From: an uncultured Clostridia bacterium
GTDB taxonomy: Bacteria > Bacillota > Clostridia > Christensenellales > CAG-138
Direction: 5' to 3'
Assembly (NCBI GenBank): GCA_934633985.1
Contig: CAKTYU010000001.1
Span: 158,305 to 222,304 of the forward strand
Length of the DNA stretch: 64,000 nt
Part shown: positions 1 to 10,354 of the stretch, one piece after another
How the letters are laid out: every line of letters starts with the position of its first letter
Numbering within the stretch: position 1 is the stretch's first letter
Made by a program: the position numbers and the translations under genes
The notes under the pieces: generated by a model
What the model was told of the DNA's origin: nothing
What the model saw: the letters and a program-made list of their open reading frames with translations, nothing else
The model's database searches: none

Positions 1-1
1 G

Positions 2-748
2 GAAAAGGCTGCAAGGCTGCGCCGCTGCGTGGAGCGGGCGGGCTGGGACGGCGCGTGGTACCTTCGGGCGTATTACGGCAGCGGCGAGCCTCTCGGCGCA
101 AAGGGAAACGTCGCCTGCGAGATAGACTGCATATCACAGGCGTGGGCGGCAATATGCGGCGGCGAGCATTCCGGCGAGGCGGTAAGCTCTATGCTGAGCA
201 TGCTTTACGACGAGCAGGAGGGCGTCATAAAGCTGCTGACGCCGCCCTTTGCCGGAGAGGGTGGGCCGCGGCCCGGGTATATCGCGGACTATATCCCCGG
301 TGTGAGGGAGAACGGCGGGCAGTATACCCACGGCGCGGTATGGGCGGTGCGCGCCTGCTGCTGTCTGGGCATGGGCGAGGAGGCCCTTGCGCTTTTCGAT
401 GCGCTGAATCCCGTAAACCACGCGCTGACGCGGGCGCAGGCGGCAAAATACAAGGGGGAGCCATACGCCGTGGCTGGGGACGTGTATTCAGGGCTCAATG
501 CCGGAAGGGCGGGCTGGACGTGGTACACCGGGGCGGCGGCGTGGCTGTATAAGATATGCCTTGAGGATATGCTGGGCATAAGGAGGGAGAAGGACGCCCT
601 ACAAATAGCGCCAGCCGTCCCCTTTGAGGAGTACACCGTGAAATACAGGTACGGCGAGGCGGTATACATACTTCACCTGAGCGGCAAGAGCCGGGGCAGG
701 ATAAAGCTGGAGGACGGCAAAACGACGCGCGAGATCACGATAGAATAA
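2..748 (+). CDS. GH94/GT36-type glycan phosphorylase (cellobiose/chitobiose phosphorylase-like), C-terminal fragment; the 5' end lies left of the window
   Basis: The frame is open from base 2; the GTG at 29 is only the tracker start. Motifs NGGQYTHGAVWAV and GWTWYTGAAAWLY fit the GH94 catalytic domain. TAA stop followed by a hairpin. Confidence 0.7.
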   Translation, partial: EKAARLRRCVERAGWDGAWYLRAYYGSGEPLGAKGNVACEIDCISQAWAAICGGEHSGEAVSSMLSMLYDEQEGVIKLLTPPFAGEGGPRPGYIADYIPGVRENGGQYTHGAVWAVRACCCLGMGEEALALFDALNPVNHALTRAQAAKYKGEPYAVAGDVYSGLNAGRAGWTWYTGAAAWLYKICLEDMLGIRREKDALQIAPAVPFEEYTVKYRYGEAVYILHLSGKSRGRIKLEDGKTTREITIE

Positions 749-753
749 AGAGA

Positions 754-781
754 GGGCCGCAGCCTGTTTTGGCTGCGGCCC
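754..781. terminator. 11-bp GC-rich hairpin between convergent genes (GH94 and psuG)
   Basis: GGGCCGCAGCC-tgtttt-GGCTGCGGCCC; no clean T-run on either side. Confidence 0.5.
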
Positions 782-860
782 TCGGTATGGGGGAAAAACC
801 ATACATCAGGGAATTTCCGGTTTAAGTAAGGCCCCGGCTCCGCCTCGCCCTGCCTTTGCC

Positions 861-1781
861 TTATGGCAGCTTGCAGTATTCGACTGCTATGCGGGAGGCG
901 ACCCGGGCGTTGTTGTAGGCCAGCTGCAGGTTGGAGGCAAGGGACTCGCCGCCCGTAAGCTCCTTTATATTGGCCAGCAGGAAGGGGGTGGTGTCCTTGC
1001 CGTGTATGCCCTGCTCCTTCGCCATGGACAGGGCGCGGCCGATAACAGCCTCCATTTCGTCAAAGTCAAGCTCGTACTCCTTGGGTATGGGGTTGGCTAT
1101 CAGCGCGCCGCCCTCTAAGCCCACGTCCCATTTGGTCTTGATTATGCGGGCTATCTCGTTGGCGTCCTTTGCGTTGTAGTCCACCTTGAAGCCGCTCCTG
1201 CGGCAATAGAAGGCGGGGAAGTCGTAGGTACCAGCGCCGATCACAGGCACGCCCATGGTCTCGAGGTATTCGAGGGTAAGGCCTATATCCAGTATGGATT
1301 TTGCGCCCGCGCATACCACCGCCACGGGGGTATGGGCCAGCTCCTGAAGGTCGGCGCTTATGTCCATGGTCTCGGCAGCGCCCCTGTGTACGCCGCCTAT
1401 GCCGCCGGTGGCGAAAATGCGTATTCCGGCGAGGGAGGCTATGAGCATGGTGCTGGCGACGGTGGTAGCGCCGGTCTTGCCTGCGGCGAGGTATACGGCT
1501 ACGTCCCTGCGGCTGACCTTGCCCACGCCGTCTGCCCTGCACATTAGCTCCAGCTCCTCGGCGTTCAGCCCGACCTTCAGCTTGCCGCCGATTATGGCGG
1601 TGGTGGCGGGCACTGCGCCCTCACTGCGCACTATTTTTTCGACGCTATGGGCGAATTCAAGGTTTTCGGGGTATGGCATACCATGGCTGAGAATGGTGCT
1701 TTCGAGGGCGACCACGGGCCTGCCCTCGTCTATCGCCTGCTGTATTTCGGGTGCAACGCTAAGGTAATCTTTGATAGTCAT
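861..1781 (-). CDS. psuG: pseudouridine-5'-phosphate glycosidase
   Basis: 306 aa. N-terminus MTIKDYLSVAPEIQQAIDEGRPVVALESTILSHGMPYP and overall length match the PsuG/IndA family. Sits 6 nt downstream of the kinase gene. Confidence 0.9.
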   Translation of the reverse strand: MTIKDYLSVAPEIQQAIDEGRPVVALESTILSHGMPYPENLEFAHSVEKIVRSEGAVPATTAIIGGKLKVGLNAEELELMCRADGVGKVSRRDVAVYLAAGKTGATTVASTMLIASLAGIRIFATGGIGGVHRGAAETMDISADLQELAHTPVAVVCAGAKSILDIGLTLEYLETMGVPVIGAGTYDFPAFYCRRSGFKVDYNAKDANEIARIIKTKWDVGLEGGALIANPIPKEYELDFDEMEAVIGRALSMAKEQGIHGKDTTPFLLANIKELTGGESLASNLQLAYNNARVASRIAVEYCKLP

Positions 1782-1787
1782 CGGCTT

Positions 1788-2894
1788 TTATCCTCTTTCA
1801 ATAATTATTTTCTCTATAAGTTCGGGGCATATTTCGGGGTTTATCGTCGTAGCCGCGGATACGGCCGCCGCCCCTGCCGCCAGCGCGTAATCTATGGTGC
1901 GGTCTATGCCGAAGCCCTTCAGGTAGCTGTATATCACTGCCGCCGTAAAGGCGTCACCCGCGCCGGAGGCGTTGGCGATATCCTCTATGGGGCTAAGCGC
2001 CCGCTGGACCAAGCTGCCCTCGCTGTCCATATACAGGCAGCCCTCATGCCCCATGGAAACGAATATGCGCTTTACCCCGCGGCAAAGGAGCGCTTCACAG
2101 GCGGCCTTCACGCCCTCAAGGGTGTCGGTAGCCTTGCCCGTAAGCACCGTGAGCTCCATCCTGTTGGGCTTTAGGGTATGCACCTTGCCCACATAGGGCT
2201 TCAGCCGCCGGGCGTATGCGGAGGATACCGGGTCGCAGAACAGGGGCAGCGAGTCGCCGTACTGGGAGGTTATGCCCTCAATCACCGCCTCCGGCAGCGC
2301 CGGGTCGAATATGAGCAGCCTCGCGCCCCTTATCATGCCTTCCCTGCGCCTGATAAACTCCATATCCATGCGTTGAAGCACCGACATATCCGACAGCGCC
2401 ACATACATCTCGCCGCGCTCATCCAGCAGCGACATATAGGTGGAGGAGGGGCGCCCCTCTACCGTCATGCATTGGCTCATGTCGATGCCGGCGGCGGCGG
2501 AGCCCTCGCGTATCATCTCCCCGTAAAGGTCGCTCCCCAGGGCCGAGATGAGCCTTACGCTTCCCCCCAGTCGCGCCAGGTTCTCGCATATATTGCGGGT
2601 AACGCCGCCCAGGGATATGCTCATGGAGCCCGGGTTGCTGTCCGCCATTATTATGGGGCTCGCGCTGCGCCCGCATATATCCACGTTGGCCGCGCCTATT
2701 CCCACGGCGTAGTCAAAGTCGTTTACGAGGTATATGCGCCCGCTGATATAGCCCTTCTTTTGAAGGTTGGATATATGCACCGCAACGGATGCCCGGGCGA
2801 TATTCAGCCGGGAGGCTATCTCGCTCTGCTCTATATCCGGCTGCTTTTTTATTATGTCAAGTATCTCGCGCTCGCGGTTGGTCATTGCGGTCAC
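1788..2894 (-). CDS. psuK: PfkB-family pseudouridine kinase with N-terminal winged-helix HTH
   Basis: N-terminal HTH (REILDIIKKQPDIEQSEIASRLNIARASV) plus a ribokinase fold with the NASGAGDAF anion-hole motif. Operon partner of psuG. Confidence 0.8.
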   Translation of the reverse strand: MTAMTNREREILDIIKKQPDIEQSEIASRLNIARASVAVHISNLQKKGYISGRIYLVNDFDYAVGIGAANVDICGRSASPIIMADSNPGSMSISLGGVTRNICENLARLGGSVRLISALGSDLYGEMIREGSAAAGIDMSQCMTVEGRPSSTYMSLLDERGEMYVALSDMSVLQRMDMEFIRRREGMIRGARLLIFDPALPEAVIEGITSQYGDSLPLFCDPVSSAYARRLKPYVGKVHTLKPNRMELTVLTGKATDTLEGVKAACEALLCRGVKRIFVSMGHEGCLYMDSEGSLVQRALSPIEDIANASGAGDAFTAAVIYSYLKGFGIDRTIDYALAAGAAAVSAATTINPEICPELIEKIIIERG

Positions 2895-2979
2895 CCTTCA
2901 CAACTTTTGTTTATAAATAATAACTAATGTTTAGTATACCGCCGCGGGGCCGCGCTGTCAAGAGCTGCGCAATAAGCGG

Positions 2980-3008
2980 TTGTATTGTGCCGCAAAAAAA
3001 GGTATAGT
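2980..3008 (+). promoter_or_regulatory. sigma-A-like promoter for the DUF853 gene
   Basis: TTGTAT, 17-nt spacer, TATAGT, about 35 nt upstream of the ATG at 3045. Confidence 0.4.
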
Positions 3009-3044
3009 GTTTTTAATAATCCCTTTAATAAGGAGAAGCGAAGT

Positions 3045-4538
3045 ATGTTCAGTGACGGAAGGTTACTTATAGGCAAGGGCGAAAAGGAAGTATATTTAGA
3101 GCCTAAGATGGCCAACAGGCACGGCCTGATAGCGGGCGCTACCGGCACGGGAAAGACCGTAACGCTGAAGGTTATGGCGGAATCCTTTTCGGATATGGGC
3201 GTTCCGGTATTTCTGGCGGATATAAAGGGCGATTTAGGCGGCTGCGTCAGGAAGGGCGCAGAGAACGAGAACATCGCAAGGCGCTTGGAGTCCATGGGGA
3301 TAAGCCGGGACGCATTCACATTTAAGGGCTACCCGGTAAGGTTCTGGGACGTTTTCGGCGAGGGGGGACACCCGGTGCGCACCACCGTAAGCGAGATGGG
3401 CTCCACGCTGCTTTCGAGGCTGCTGGGCCTTACGGACGTTCAAAGCGGCGTGATGGACATAGTGTTCCGCGTCGCAGACGATAAAGGCTGGCTGCTCATA
3501 GATTATAAGGATCTTAGGGCAATGGCGAGCTATGTGGCGGAGCATTCCAAGGAGCTTTTGAACGATTACGGCAACGTCACCAAACAGTCCGTGGGCGCTA
3601 TACAGCGCTCCCTCCTGCGTCTGGAGGATGAAGGCGCTGAAGCCTTCTTCGGCGAGCCGGAGATAGATATAAGCGACTGGATGCAGACCGACGACGAGGG
3701 GAGGGGGTATATAAACATACTGCACTGCGTAAAGCTGTATCATTCCCCGCTGCTTTATTCGACCTTCATGCTGTGGCTTTTGAGCGAGCTTTTCGAGACG
3801 CTGCCGGAGGTCGGGGATATGGAAAAGCCCAAGCTGGTGTTTTTCTTTGACGAGGCCCATCTGCTGTTCAAGGGCGCGCCGGCGGCCCTTGTAGACAAGA
3901 TAGAGCAGGTGGTAAAGCTCATACGCTCAAAGGGCGTAGGCGTGTATTTCATAACCCAGTCCCCCTCGGACGTGCCGGATACGGTGCTTGCACAGCTCGG
4001 CAACAGGGTGCAGCATGCGCTTAGAGTATATACTCCCTCCGAGCAGCGGGCGGTGAGGGCAGCGGCGCAGGCCTTCCGGCCCAACCCCGCGTTCAGCACC
4101 GAAACGGCCATAACCGAGCTCGCAACCGGCCAGGCGCTGGTGAGCTTTCTCGATGCAAATGGAGTGCCCGGCATAGTTGAAAGGGCGATGATACTCCCTC
4201 CGCAGTCTGCCATGGGCCCCATAGACGATGAGCGCAGGAGAGCCGAGATAGAGGCCGACGAGCTATACGGCAAGTATGAGGAGACGGTGGATAACGAGTC
4301 CGCATACGAGATAATCAATGCGGAGCGGGAGGCCATGCTGCAGGAGGAGGTAGCCGCGGCAAAGGAGCAGCAAAAGAAGGCCGCCGGCGGGGCAAAGGAA
4401 AAGAAGCCGGCCACGGGCGGGAGAAAGAAAAAGACCGCCACCGAAAGGATGGCGGATCAGGCGATGAACACCATAGGCCGCGAGATAGGCAAATCCATAT
4501 CCCGCGGGCTGTTGGGCTCGTTGAAAAAGTTCATATAA
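3045..4538 (+). CDS. HerA-like/DUF853 P-loop ATPase (YjgR family)
   Basis: Walker [15 protein letters not shown] Walker B-like motif, basic Lys-rich tail. Start moved to the ATG at 3045, which follows AGGAG at 3031; the tracker start at 2985 has no SD. Confidence 0.8.
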   Translation: MFSDGRLLIGKGEKEVYLEPKMANRHGLIAGATGTGKTVTLKVMAESFSDMGVPVFLADIKGDLGGCVRKGAENENIARRLESMGISRDAFTFKGYPVRFWDVFGEGGHPVRTTVSEMGSTLLSRLLGLTDVQSGVMDIVFRVADDKGWLLIDYKDLRAMASYVAEHSKELLNDYGNVTKQSVGAIQRSLLRLEDEGAEAFFGEPEIDISDWMQTDDEGRGYINILHCVKLYHSPLLYSTFMLWLLSELFETLPEVGDMEKPKLVFFFDEAHLLFKGAPAALVDKIEQVVKLIRSKGVGVYFITQSPSDVPDTVLAQLGNRVQHALRVYTPSEQRAVRAAAQAFRPNPAFSTETAITELATGQALVSFLDANGVPGIVERAMILPPQSAMGPIDDERRRAEIEADELYGKYEETVDNESAYEIINAEREAMLQEEVAAAKEQQKKAAGGAKEKKPATGGRKKKTATERMADQAMNTIGREIGKSISRGLLGSLKKFI

Positions 4539-4610
4539 GGGACATAAAACGTCATAATACGGGGAAAGACCGCATAGCCTGATATACCGAATGAATTTGG
4601 GGGTAAGGCT

Positions 4611-5306
4611 ATGATACGGGCGCTGCTGGAGCTTTTTGGCGGGATATTCGCCTTTGCGGGGCACATTGCCGGAGGAAGCTCATTTCCGGAGCCGCTGAGC
4701 CCGGAGGAGGAGAAGGACTGCATAGCGCGGCTGGAGGCCGGGGACGCGGAGGCGCGTCGGCTGCTGATAGAGCGCAACCTGCGCCTGGTGGCCCATATCG
4801 CCAAGAAGTACACCACGCCTAAGAGGGACGCCGACGACGTAATATCCATAGGCGTGGTCGGGCTGATAAAGGCGGTATCCACCTTTAATTCCCAAAAGGG
4901 GAACACCCTCGCCACATACGCCGCAAGGTGCATAGAAAACGAAATACTTATGTCGCTCCGCTCGGAAAAAAAACAGGCAGGGGAGGTGTCATTATCAGAG
5001 CCGATAGGCATGGATAAAGATGGAAACGAAATATCCCTTTCCGAGGTGCTGGGCTCTGACGAGGACGAGATACACAACGCCGTGGAGCTTACCGTAGCGG
5101 GGGAGTACCTCAGAAGGGCAATGGATACGGTGCTGACCCCCCGGGAGCGTAAAGTGATAGAGCTGCGCTACGGCCTGATGGGCGGCAGGATAGTGACACA
5201 GAGGGAGATAGCCAAGCTGCTGGGGATATCGCGCAGCTATATTTCAAGGATAGAGAAAAAAGCGCTGCAAAAGCTGAATAAGGAGCTGGGCGGCGATAGA
5301 GCTTAG
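4611..5306 (+). CDS. sigK: sporulation sigma factor SigK (pro-sigma-K), uninterrupted
   Basis: Hydrophobic pro-sequence followed by FPEPLSPEEE, LATYAARCIENEILM and EVSLSEPIGMDKDGNEISL, closely paralleling B. subtilis SigK rather than SigE. Confidence 0.85.
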   Translation: MIRALLELFGGIFAFAGHIAGGSSFPEPLSPEEEKDCIARLEAGDAEARRLLIERNLRLVAHIAKKYTTPKRDADDVISIGVVGLIKAVSTFNSQKGNTLATYAARCIENEILMSLRSEKKQAGEVSLSEPIGMDKDGNEISLSEVLGSDEDEIHNAVELTVAGEYLRRAMDTVLTPRERKVIELRYGLMGGRIVTQREIAKLLGISRSYISRIEKKALQKLNKELGGDRA

Positions 5307-5317
5307 GAGAGATAAAA

Positions 5318-6202
5318 ATGACAGATATGCAAAGGCAAAGGGTAAGGTTCGGCCCGGCGGGCAACAGCGACAGCTTTTATCAGGAGGGACATTCCGCCAC
5401 GGTGGAGATGCCGAGATGGATATGCGAGCGGGGGCTCGATTGCTTCGAGTATTCCTTCGGGCGAGGGGTCCGCATGGGCGTCGAGACCGCCGCGGCGATA
5501 CGGGAGGAGGCGGAAAAATACGGCATACAGCTAAGCGTACACATGCCGTATTTCATAAACCTTGCCGTGGAGGACGAGGAAAAAAAGAAAAAGAACCTCG
5601 GCTATTTTGTGGATTCCCTTAAGGTGGCGGAGGCCCTGGGCGCAAAGCGGGCCGTGTTCCACCCCGGCTCCGCATCCGGCGGCAACAGGGAGGAGATACT
5701 TGAGCGGGCCTGCGGCTTCTTTAAGGAGATAATAGCCGCGCTGGACGAGATGGATCTCATGCACGTTACCCTCTGCCCGGAGACCATGGGCAAGATAAAC
5801 CAGCTCGGCGACCTAAACGAGGTGATAGCGCTTTGCAACGTGGATGAGCGTATATGGCCCACCATAGATTTCGGACATCTCCACTGCCGCGGCCTCGGGG
5901 CGATAAGGTCAAAGCAGGACTATGCCGACATATTGGACAGGCTGGAAAACGGCGTGGGCGCGGAGCGGGCCAAGACCATGCACGTACACTTTTCGCGAAT
6001 AGAGTACACAAGGGGCGGGGAAAGAATGCACCACACCTTTGCGGATACACAGTACGGCCCGGAATTTATGCCGCTGGCGGAGCTGGTGGCGGAGAGGGAT
6101 TACAGCCCGGTTTTCATCTGCGAGAGCAAGGGGACCATGGCGGAGGACGCAAAAGCCATGAAAGATATGTATTTTTCCGCGGTAAAAGCCTTGTTGAAGT
6201 AG
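5318..6202 (+). CDS. AP endonuclease family 2 / xylose-isomerase-like TIM-barrel protein (endonuclease IV-like)
   Basis: 294 aa. VHMPYFINL, AVFHPG and IDFGHLH metal-ligand-like motifs. AGGAGA SD. Confidence 0.6.
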   Translation: MTDMQRQRVRFGPAGNSDSFYQEGHSATVEMPRWICERGLDCFEYSFGRGVRMGVETAAAIREEAEKYGIQLSVHMPYFINLAVEDEEKKKKNLGYFVDSLKVAEALGAKRAVFHPGSASGGNREEILERACGFFKEIIAALDEMDLMHVTLCPETMGKINQLGDLNEVIALCNVDERIWPTIDFGHLHCRGLGAIRSKQDYADILDRLENGVGAERAKTMHVHFSRIEYTRGGERMHHTFADTQYGPEFMPLAELVAERDYSPVFICESKGTMAEDAKAMKDMYFSAVKALLK

Positions 6203-6296
6203 TGCGACCTGTGGTATAATGCAAAATGGTTATAATCTGCACATAATGCAGTGTGGGTAATATACACGATACTTTTTACTTTGGAGGTAATTCCTT

Positions 6297-6854
6297 ATGA
6301 TCATGGCTGGCGATTTCAGGAAGGGCGTAACCGTCGAGATAGACGGGCAGGTCTGGTCCGTCGTCGATTTTCAGCACGTTAAGCCCGGCAAGGGAGCCGC
6401 ATTCGTCCGTACCCGCCTTAAGAACGTTATGACCGGCGCGGTGCTCGAGCGCACCTTCAGCCCCACCGACAAGTATCCCACCGCCCATATCGAAACAAAG
6501 GAGATGCAGTATCTCTACAACGATGGCGACCTGTATTACTTTATGGATACAGAGACCTACGAGCAGCTTCCCCTGAATCACGAGCAGGTAGAGGACGCTA
6601 TCAACTACATCATCGAAAACGATACCGTTACGGTTCGCTTCTTCAAGGGGAATCCCTTCTCCGTACAGCCTGCCAACTTCGTGACCCTCACCATTACCGA
6701 GTGTGAGCCCGGCGTCCGCGGCGATACCGCCACCGGCGCAAACAAGCCAGCCACCGTTGAGACCGGCCTGAAGATAGTCGTTCCCCTCTTTGTAAACGAG
6801 GGCGACAAGGTTCGCATCGACACCCGTACCGGCGAATATATGGAGCGCGTATAA
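6297..6854 (+). CDS. efp: elongation factor P
   Basis: 185 aa. [15 protein letters not shown] loop and overall EF-P pattern. GGAGG lies 9 nt upstream. Confidence 0.95.
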   Translation: MIMAGDFRKGVTVEIDGQVWSVVDFQHVKPGKGAAFVRTRLKNVMTGAVLERTFSPTDKYPTAHIETKEMQYLYNDGDLYYFMDTETYEQLPLNHEQVEDAINYIIENDTVTVRFFKGNPFSVQPANFVTLTITECEPGVRGDTATGANKPATVETGLKIVVPLFVNEGDKVRIDTRTGEYMERV

Positions 6855-6886
6855 CGCATTCTAACAGAAAAACAAGGAGGTCAACT

Positions 6887-7279
6887 ATGGGTTATATGAA
6901 AGAAAAGGTCGCATACCTCAAGGGCCTTGCCGAGGGCATGAACATTGGCGAGGAAGGCCAGGGCAAGCTCCTTAATGCCATGATATCCACCATGGATGAA
7001 ATGGCCGACGCTATCGATGAGAACGAAGCCGCAATGGCCGAGATAGACGAATGTCTGGACGACATTTACGACGAGCTGGACAACATCGACGACTACCTCT
7101 CCGATGACGAATATGAGGACGAGGACGACGAGGAAGGCGATTTTGTCGAGCTTCAGTGCCCCGAGTGCGGCGAGACCATCTATTTTGACGAGGATATGCT
7201 GGAAAGCGGCGAGGAGCTCCTCTGCCCCAACTGCAACGCATTGCTGGTCCCCACCCTCGAGGAGGACGACGAGGAATAA
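6887..7279 (+). CDS. small, highly acidic zinc-ribbon protein (CD1247-N-domain-like)
   Basis: 130 aa. D/E-rich centre, C-terminal CPECG...CPNC ribbon. AAGGAGG lies 7 nt upstream. Confidence 0.6.
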   Translation: MGYMKEKVAYLKGLAEGMNIGEEGQGKLLNAMISTMDEMADAIDENEAAMAEIDECLDDIYDELDNIDDYLSDDEYEDEDDEEGDFVELQCPECGETIYFDEDMLESGEELLCPNCNALLVPTLEEDDEE

Positions 7280-7319
7280 TAAGCGCCTCGTATCTCAATA
7301 GCACACCGTACAACGCTGA

Positions 7320-7346
7320 GGCTCGCGCTTTGCGCGGGCCTTTTGT
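7320..7346 (+). terminator. intrinsic terminator after the efp/zinc-ribbon pair
   Basis: GGCTCGCGC-ttt-GCGCGGGCC followed by TTTT. Confidence 0.7.
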
Positions 7347-7400
7347 GAAGGCCGACGGCTACCGTTATTTTCAAGAACATAAAAACAGAGGAAAAATGTC

Positions 7401-8000
7401 ATGCTTGCATATATAGAGTCAGCAGCTTTGGGCTACATAATAGGCAATATCCAGTTTGCAGTAATATTCAGCTATCTGCTGCACCGCGATGACGTGCGCC
7501 ACCACGGCAGCGGCAATGCCGGCAGCACCAATATGCTGCGGGTATACGGCAAACTGGACGGCATCATCACCTTTGCGGGGGACCTTTTAAAGGGCGTCGC
7601 GGGGGTGCTGATAGGCAGGGCGCTCGGCGGCGAGAGCTGCGCCTACGTGGGCGCTGTCGGCGTGCTGCTGGGCCACTGCTATCCGGCGTTCTTCGGCTTT
7701 CACGGCGGAAAGGGCGTGGCTTCGTCCTTGGGCGCGGTGTTCGCCCTCAACCCGCTTTACGGAGCGGCGATCTCCGTAGTGGCCGCCATAGTGGCGATAC
7801 TCACAAAGACCATATCCGCCGCCTCCCTTGCGGGCACCACTGCATACCTCGTTATAGCTCTCATCTGGGGGACAAAGGCCAACAAGCTCTTTGCGGCGGT
7901 GGTGTTTGCCGTGATATGTATACGCCACAGGGAAAACATAGCACGCATGATCGCGGGCAGCGAGGGACGGGTGCTGGAAAAATTCAAAAAGGAAAAATAG
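7401..8000 (+). CDS. plsY: acyl-phosphate:glycerol-3-phosphate acyltransferase
   Basis: 199 aa polytopic membrane protein with the GSGNAGSTN motif. Confidence 0.9.
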   Translation: MLAYIESAALGYIIGNIQFAVIFSYLLHRDDVRHHGSGNAGSTNMLRVYGKLDGIITFAGDLLKGVAGVLIGRALGGESCAYVGAVGVLLGHCYPAFFGFHGGKGVASSLGAVFALNPLYGAAISVVAAIVAILTKTISAASLAGTTAYLVIALIWGTKANKLFAAVVFAVICIRHRENIARMIAGSEGRVLEKFKKEK

Positions 8001-8023
8001 CCCGCGGGCTTCAGCTTTAAAGA

Positions 8024-8653
8024 ATGAAATACGGATACGTTGTGTTTGACATGGACGGCACCCTCATAGACACCTGCGAGGCGATACAGAGGTCGCTGCG
8101 GGATACCGTAGCCGCGCTCACGGGCAGGGAGCCCACGGCGGCCGATATGCGCGCCACCTTCGGCACGCCGAGCGATGCGGGGCTCAGAATGCTGGGAATA
8201 AGGGACGAGGACATACAGCGGGGCATACTGCTCTGGGGCGAGAACATCAAAAGGTATGAGGATACGTCAAGGGTGTTCCCCGGCGTGCGGGAGCTTATGG
8301 ACGGGCTTAAGGCGGGCGGCTGCCGGATAGGCATAGCCACCTCCAAGAACGCGGCAGAGCTGGAGCACAGCCGCGAGAAGTTCGAGGATATAGTATCCCG
8401 TGCGGACTGCGTAATATGCGCGGACGACACGGAGGAGCACAAGCCAAAGCCGGGGCCTCTGCTTAAATATATGGAACGCACGGGAGCGAGACCGTCAGAG
8501 GTGCTTTACGTGGGCGATACGGTGTACGATATGCGGTGCGCCCGCGGTGCAGGCGCGGATTTCGCCCTTGCGCGCTGGGGCAACCCGGGCGGCAGCGTGG
8601 ACGCGGATTACGACGAGCCGACGCCTCTGGCGCTGCTGGAAAGGCTCAGATAA
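8024..8653 (+). CDS. HAD-superfamily hydrolase (phosphoglycolate-phosphatase-like)
   Basis: DMDGTLIDT motif I, TSK motif, GDTVYD motif IV. Confidence 0.75.
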   Translation: MKYGYVVFDMDGTLIDTCEAIQRSLRDTVAALTGREPTAADMRATFGTPSDAGLRMLGIRDEDIQRGILLWGENIKRYEDTSRVFPGVRELMDGLKAGGCRIGIATSKNAAELEHSREKFEDIVSRADCVICADDTEEHKPKPGPLLKYMERTGARPSEVLYVGDTVYDMRCARGAGADFALARWGNPGGSVDADYDEPTPLALLERLR

Positions 8654-8700
8654 AAATCAAAGGCAGGAATGGGGAAAGCCCGCATCCCTGCTTTTTTGTT

Positions 8701-9699
8701 TTAGCCTATCTCGGATATTGCGGCCTCGCCAAAGCTGTTATCGACAAGCTCGGAAAGCGCTATCCTCGCGGTAAGCTCCCCCGCGCCCTCCAATATATCC
8801 TGAAGCCGGGCGAAGGCGTCCTCCGTCATGGTGGGCACCCTGGTCCAGGAGTCGGTGGCCCGGTAGCTCTTTGCCACGGCGGAAAGGGTGGCTATGTCGG
8901 TATCAGGGAAGTAGGGCTGCATGGCGCGCGCTACCTCCTCGTCGCCTGCCTCCCATACCCACCTCTGGGCCCGGTATATGGCCCTTACGAAGGCCGCAGC
9001 GAAGCCGGGCTCCTTTTCTATAGTGTCCCTTCGCATCATAAAGGTGGTATAGGGCACCTCGCCGCTTTCCAGCCCCATGTTGGTGACGATGTGCCCCTTG
9101 CCCTGCGCCGCGAAGGCGGAGGCCGTGGGCTCGAACAGCGTCACATAGTCGCCTGTGCCGCTTTCAAACGCGCCGCCCATAAGGTTGAACTGTATGTTGC
9201 TTATTACCTCCACGTCTTTGCCGGGCTCAAGGCCGTGCTGCCTTAAGACATAGAGCAGGGTCATATAAGGCATTCCACCGGGGCGCCCTGCGATAATAGA
9301 CTTGCCCTTCAGCTTGGAAAAATCAAAGCTGCCGTCCTCCTCCCTGCCCAGCAGGAAGGAGCCGTCCCGCTTGGTGAGCTGGGCGATTATCATAGGGTGA
9401 TCCGCCTTGCCCTGATTGGTTACATATATGCCCGTTTCGGGGCCCATCAGCGCCGCGTCCGCCTCGCCGGAGAGCAGCGCCGTCATGCTGGCGTCGCTGC
9501 CGCCGCCTGTGACGATATCCACCTCGAGGCCCTCCTCCGCAAAGAAGCCCTTGGAGCAGGCCACGTAAAGTGGGGCGTAGAATACGGAACGGGTGACCTC
9601 GTTCAGCGTTACCTTCCTAAGGCCGCTTCCGCCCTTGCCGCAGGCCGTAAGCGTAAGCAGCATAACGAGGCACAGCAGCAAAGCTGTCAGTCTTTTCAT
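8701..9699 (-). CDS. NMT1/SsuA/TauA-type ABC substrate-binding lipoprotein (orphan)
   Basis: Signal peptide MKRLTALLLCLVMLLTLTAC with a lipobox; periplasmic-binding fold pattern. An alternative ATG at 9708 sits only 2-3 nt after the SD. Confidence 0.7.
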   Translation of the reverse strand: MKRLTALLLCLVMLLTLTACGKGGSGLRKVTLNEVTRSVFYAPLYVACSKGFFAEEGLEVDIVTGGGSDASMTALLSGEADAALMGPETGIYVTNQGKADHPMIIAQLTKRDGSFLLGREEDGSFDFSKLKGKSIIAGRPGGMPYMTLLYVLRQHGLEPGKDVEVISNIQFNLMGGAFESGTGDYVTLFEPTASAFAAQGKGHIVTNMGLESGEVPYTTFMMRRDTIEKEPGFAAAFVRAIYRAQRWVWEAGDEEVARAMQPYFPDTDIATLSAVAKSYRATDSWTRVPTMTEDAFARLQDILEGAGELTARIALSELVDNSFGEAAISEIG

Positions 9700-9765
9700 A
9701 ATAAGCATATCCCTCCATACATATAAGTTTGCTGCTATACTATGCCGAGGGCGCGGGCTTGGTGC

Positions 9766-9791
9766 AAAAAAAAAGCCGCCTCATGGGCGGC
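9766..9791 (-). terminator. intrinsic terminator downstream of pgsA
   Basis: Minus strand: GCCGCC-catga-GGCGGC followed by T9. Confidence 0.75.
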
Positions 9792-9814
9792 GGTGGTGTT
9801 TTTGCGAAAGTGAG

Positions 9815-10354
9815 CTATGCCTTGCGGCGCATGAACTGTGTGCGCGCATAGTGGCCGAGGGCTATGAAGGAGCATACTATGGACATGCAGAACAACGCGG
9901 TGCTGAGGCCGCATATACGGCGAAGCAGCAGCGGAAGCGGGAATTTCTCCAAAAGCGCCATGGTTATGCTGGTGCAAAAAAGCACGGTGGAGGCCTTGCC
10001 GAAGCGGTCGGAATAGGCCACTACCTTGGAGCGCAGCATTATCAGCCCGCCTATTATCATAAGGCTCTCCTTTATTATCACGGCGGCCAGCATGGGCCAT
10101 ATTATCCAGCCCTCCTTATAGAAGCATACGGATACCACGAGAAGCGTCACCTTGTCCGCAAGGGGGTCCAGCACCTTGCCGAGATCGGATACGCAGCCGT
10201 ATTTTCTGGCGATAGCCCCGTCCAGCACATCGCTTGCCATGGATATGATGAAGGTCACCACGCAGGCCATGTACTGATGGCCGAGGAAGAAATGGGCGAA
10301 TACCCCGGCGCAGGCTATGCGCACGAGCGTGAGTATGTTTGGCAGAGTTCTCAT
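9815..10354 (-). CDS. pgsA: CDP-alcohol phosphatidyltransferase (phosphatidylglycerophosphate synthase-like)
   Basis: DVLDGAIARK...GKVLDPLADK signature. ATG at 10354 follows GGAGGTGG; the tracker GTG at 10366 lies inside that SD. Confidence 0.8.
   Translation of the reverse strand: MRTLPNILTLVRIACAGVFAHFFLGHQYMACVVTFIISMASDVLDGAIARKYGCVSDLGKVLDPLADKVTLLVVSVCFYKEGWIIWPMLAAVIIKESLMIIGGLIMLRSKVVAYSDRFGKASTVLFCTSITMALLEKFPLPLLLRRICGLSTALFCMSIVCSFIALGHYARTQFMRRKA

Noticed and set aside
55-748. Alternative-frame ORFs overlapping the GH94 fragment (55-552 +, 289-669 -, and others).
   Set aside because: Arg/Gly/Pro-rich shadow frames inside a gene with clear GH94 motifs.
4611-5306. A skin-like intervening element splitting sigK.
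   Set aside because: The ORF is continuous from the pro-sequence through region 4 (231 aa), with no recombinase gene nearby.
9709-9814. A TPP riboswitch upstream of the NMT1/THI5-like binding-protein gene.
   Set aside because: The 106-nt gap is mostly the pgsA terminator. No CUGAGA or ACCUGAUCUGGAUAAUGC-like cores are present.
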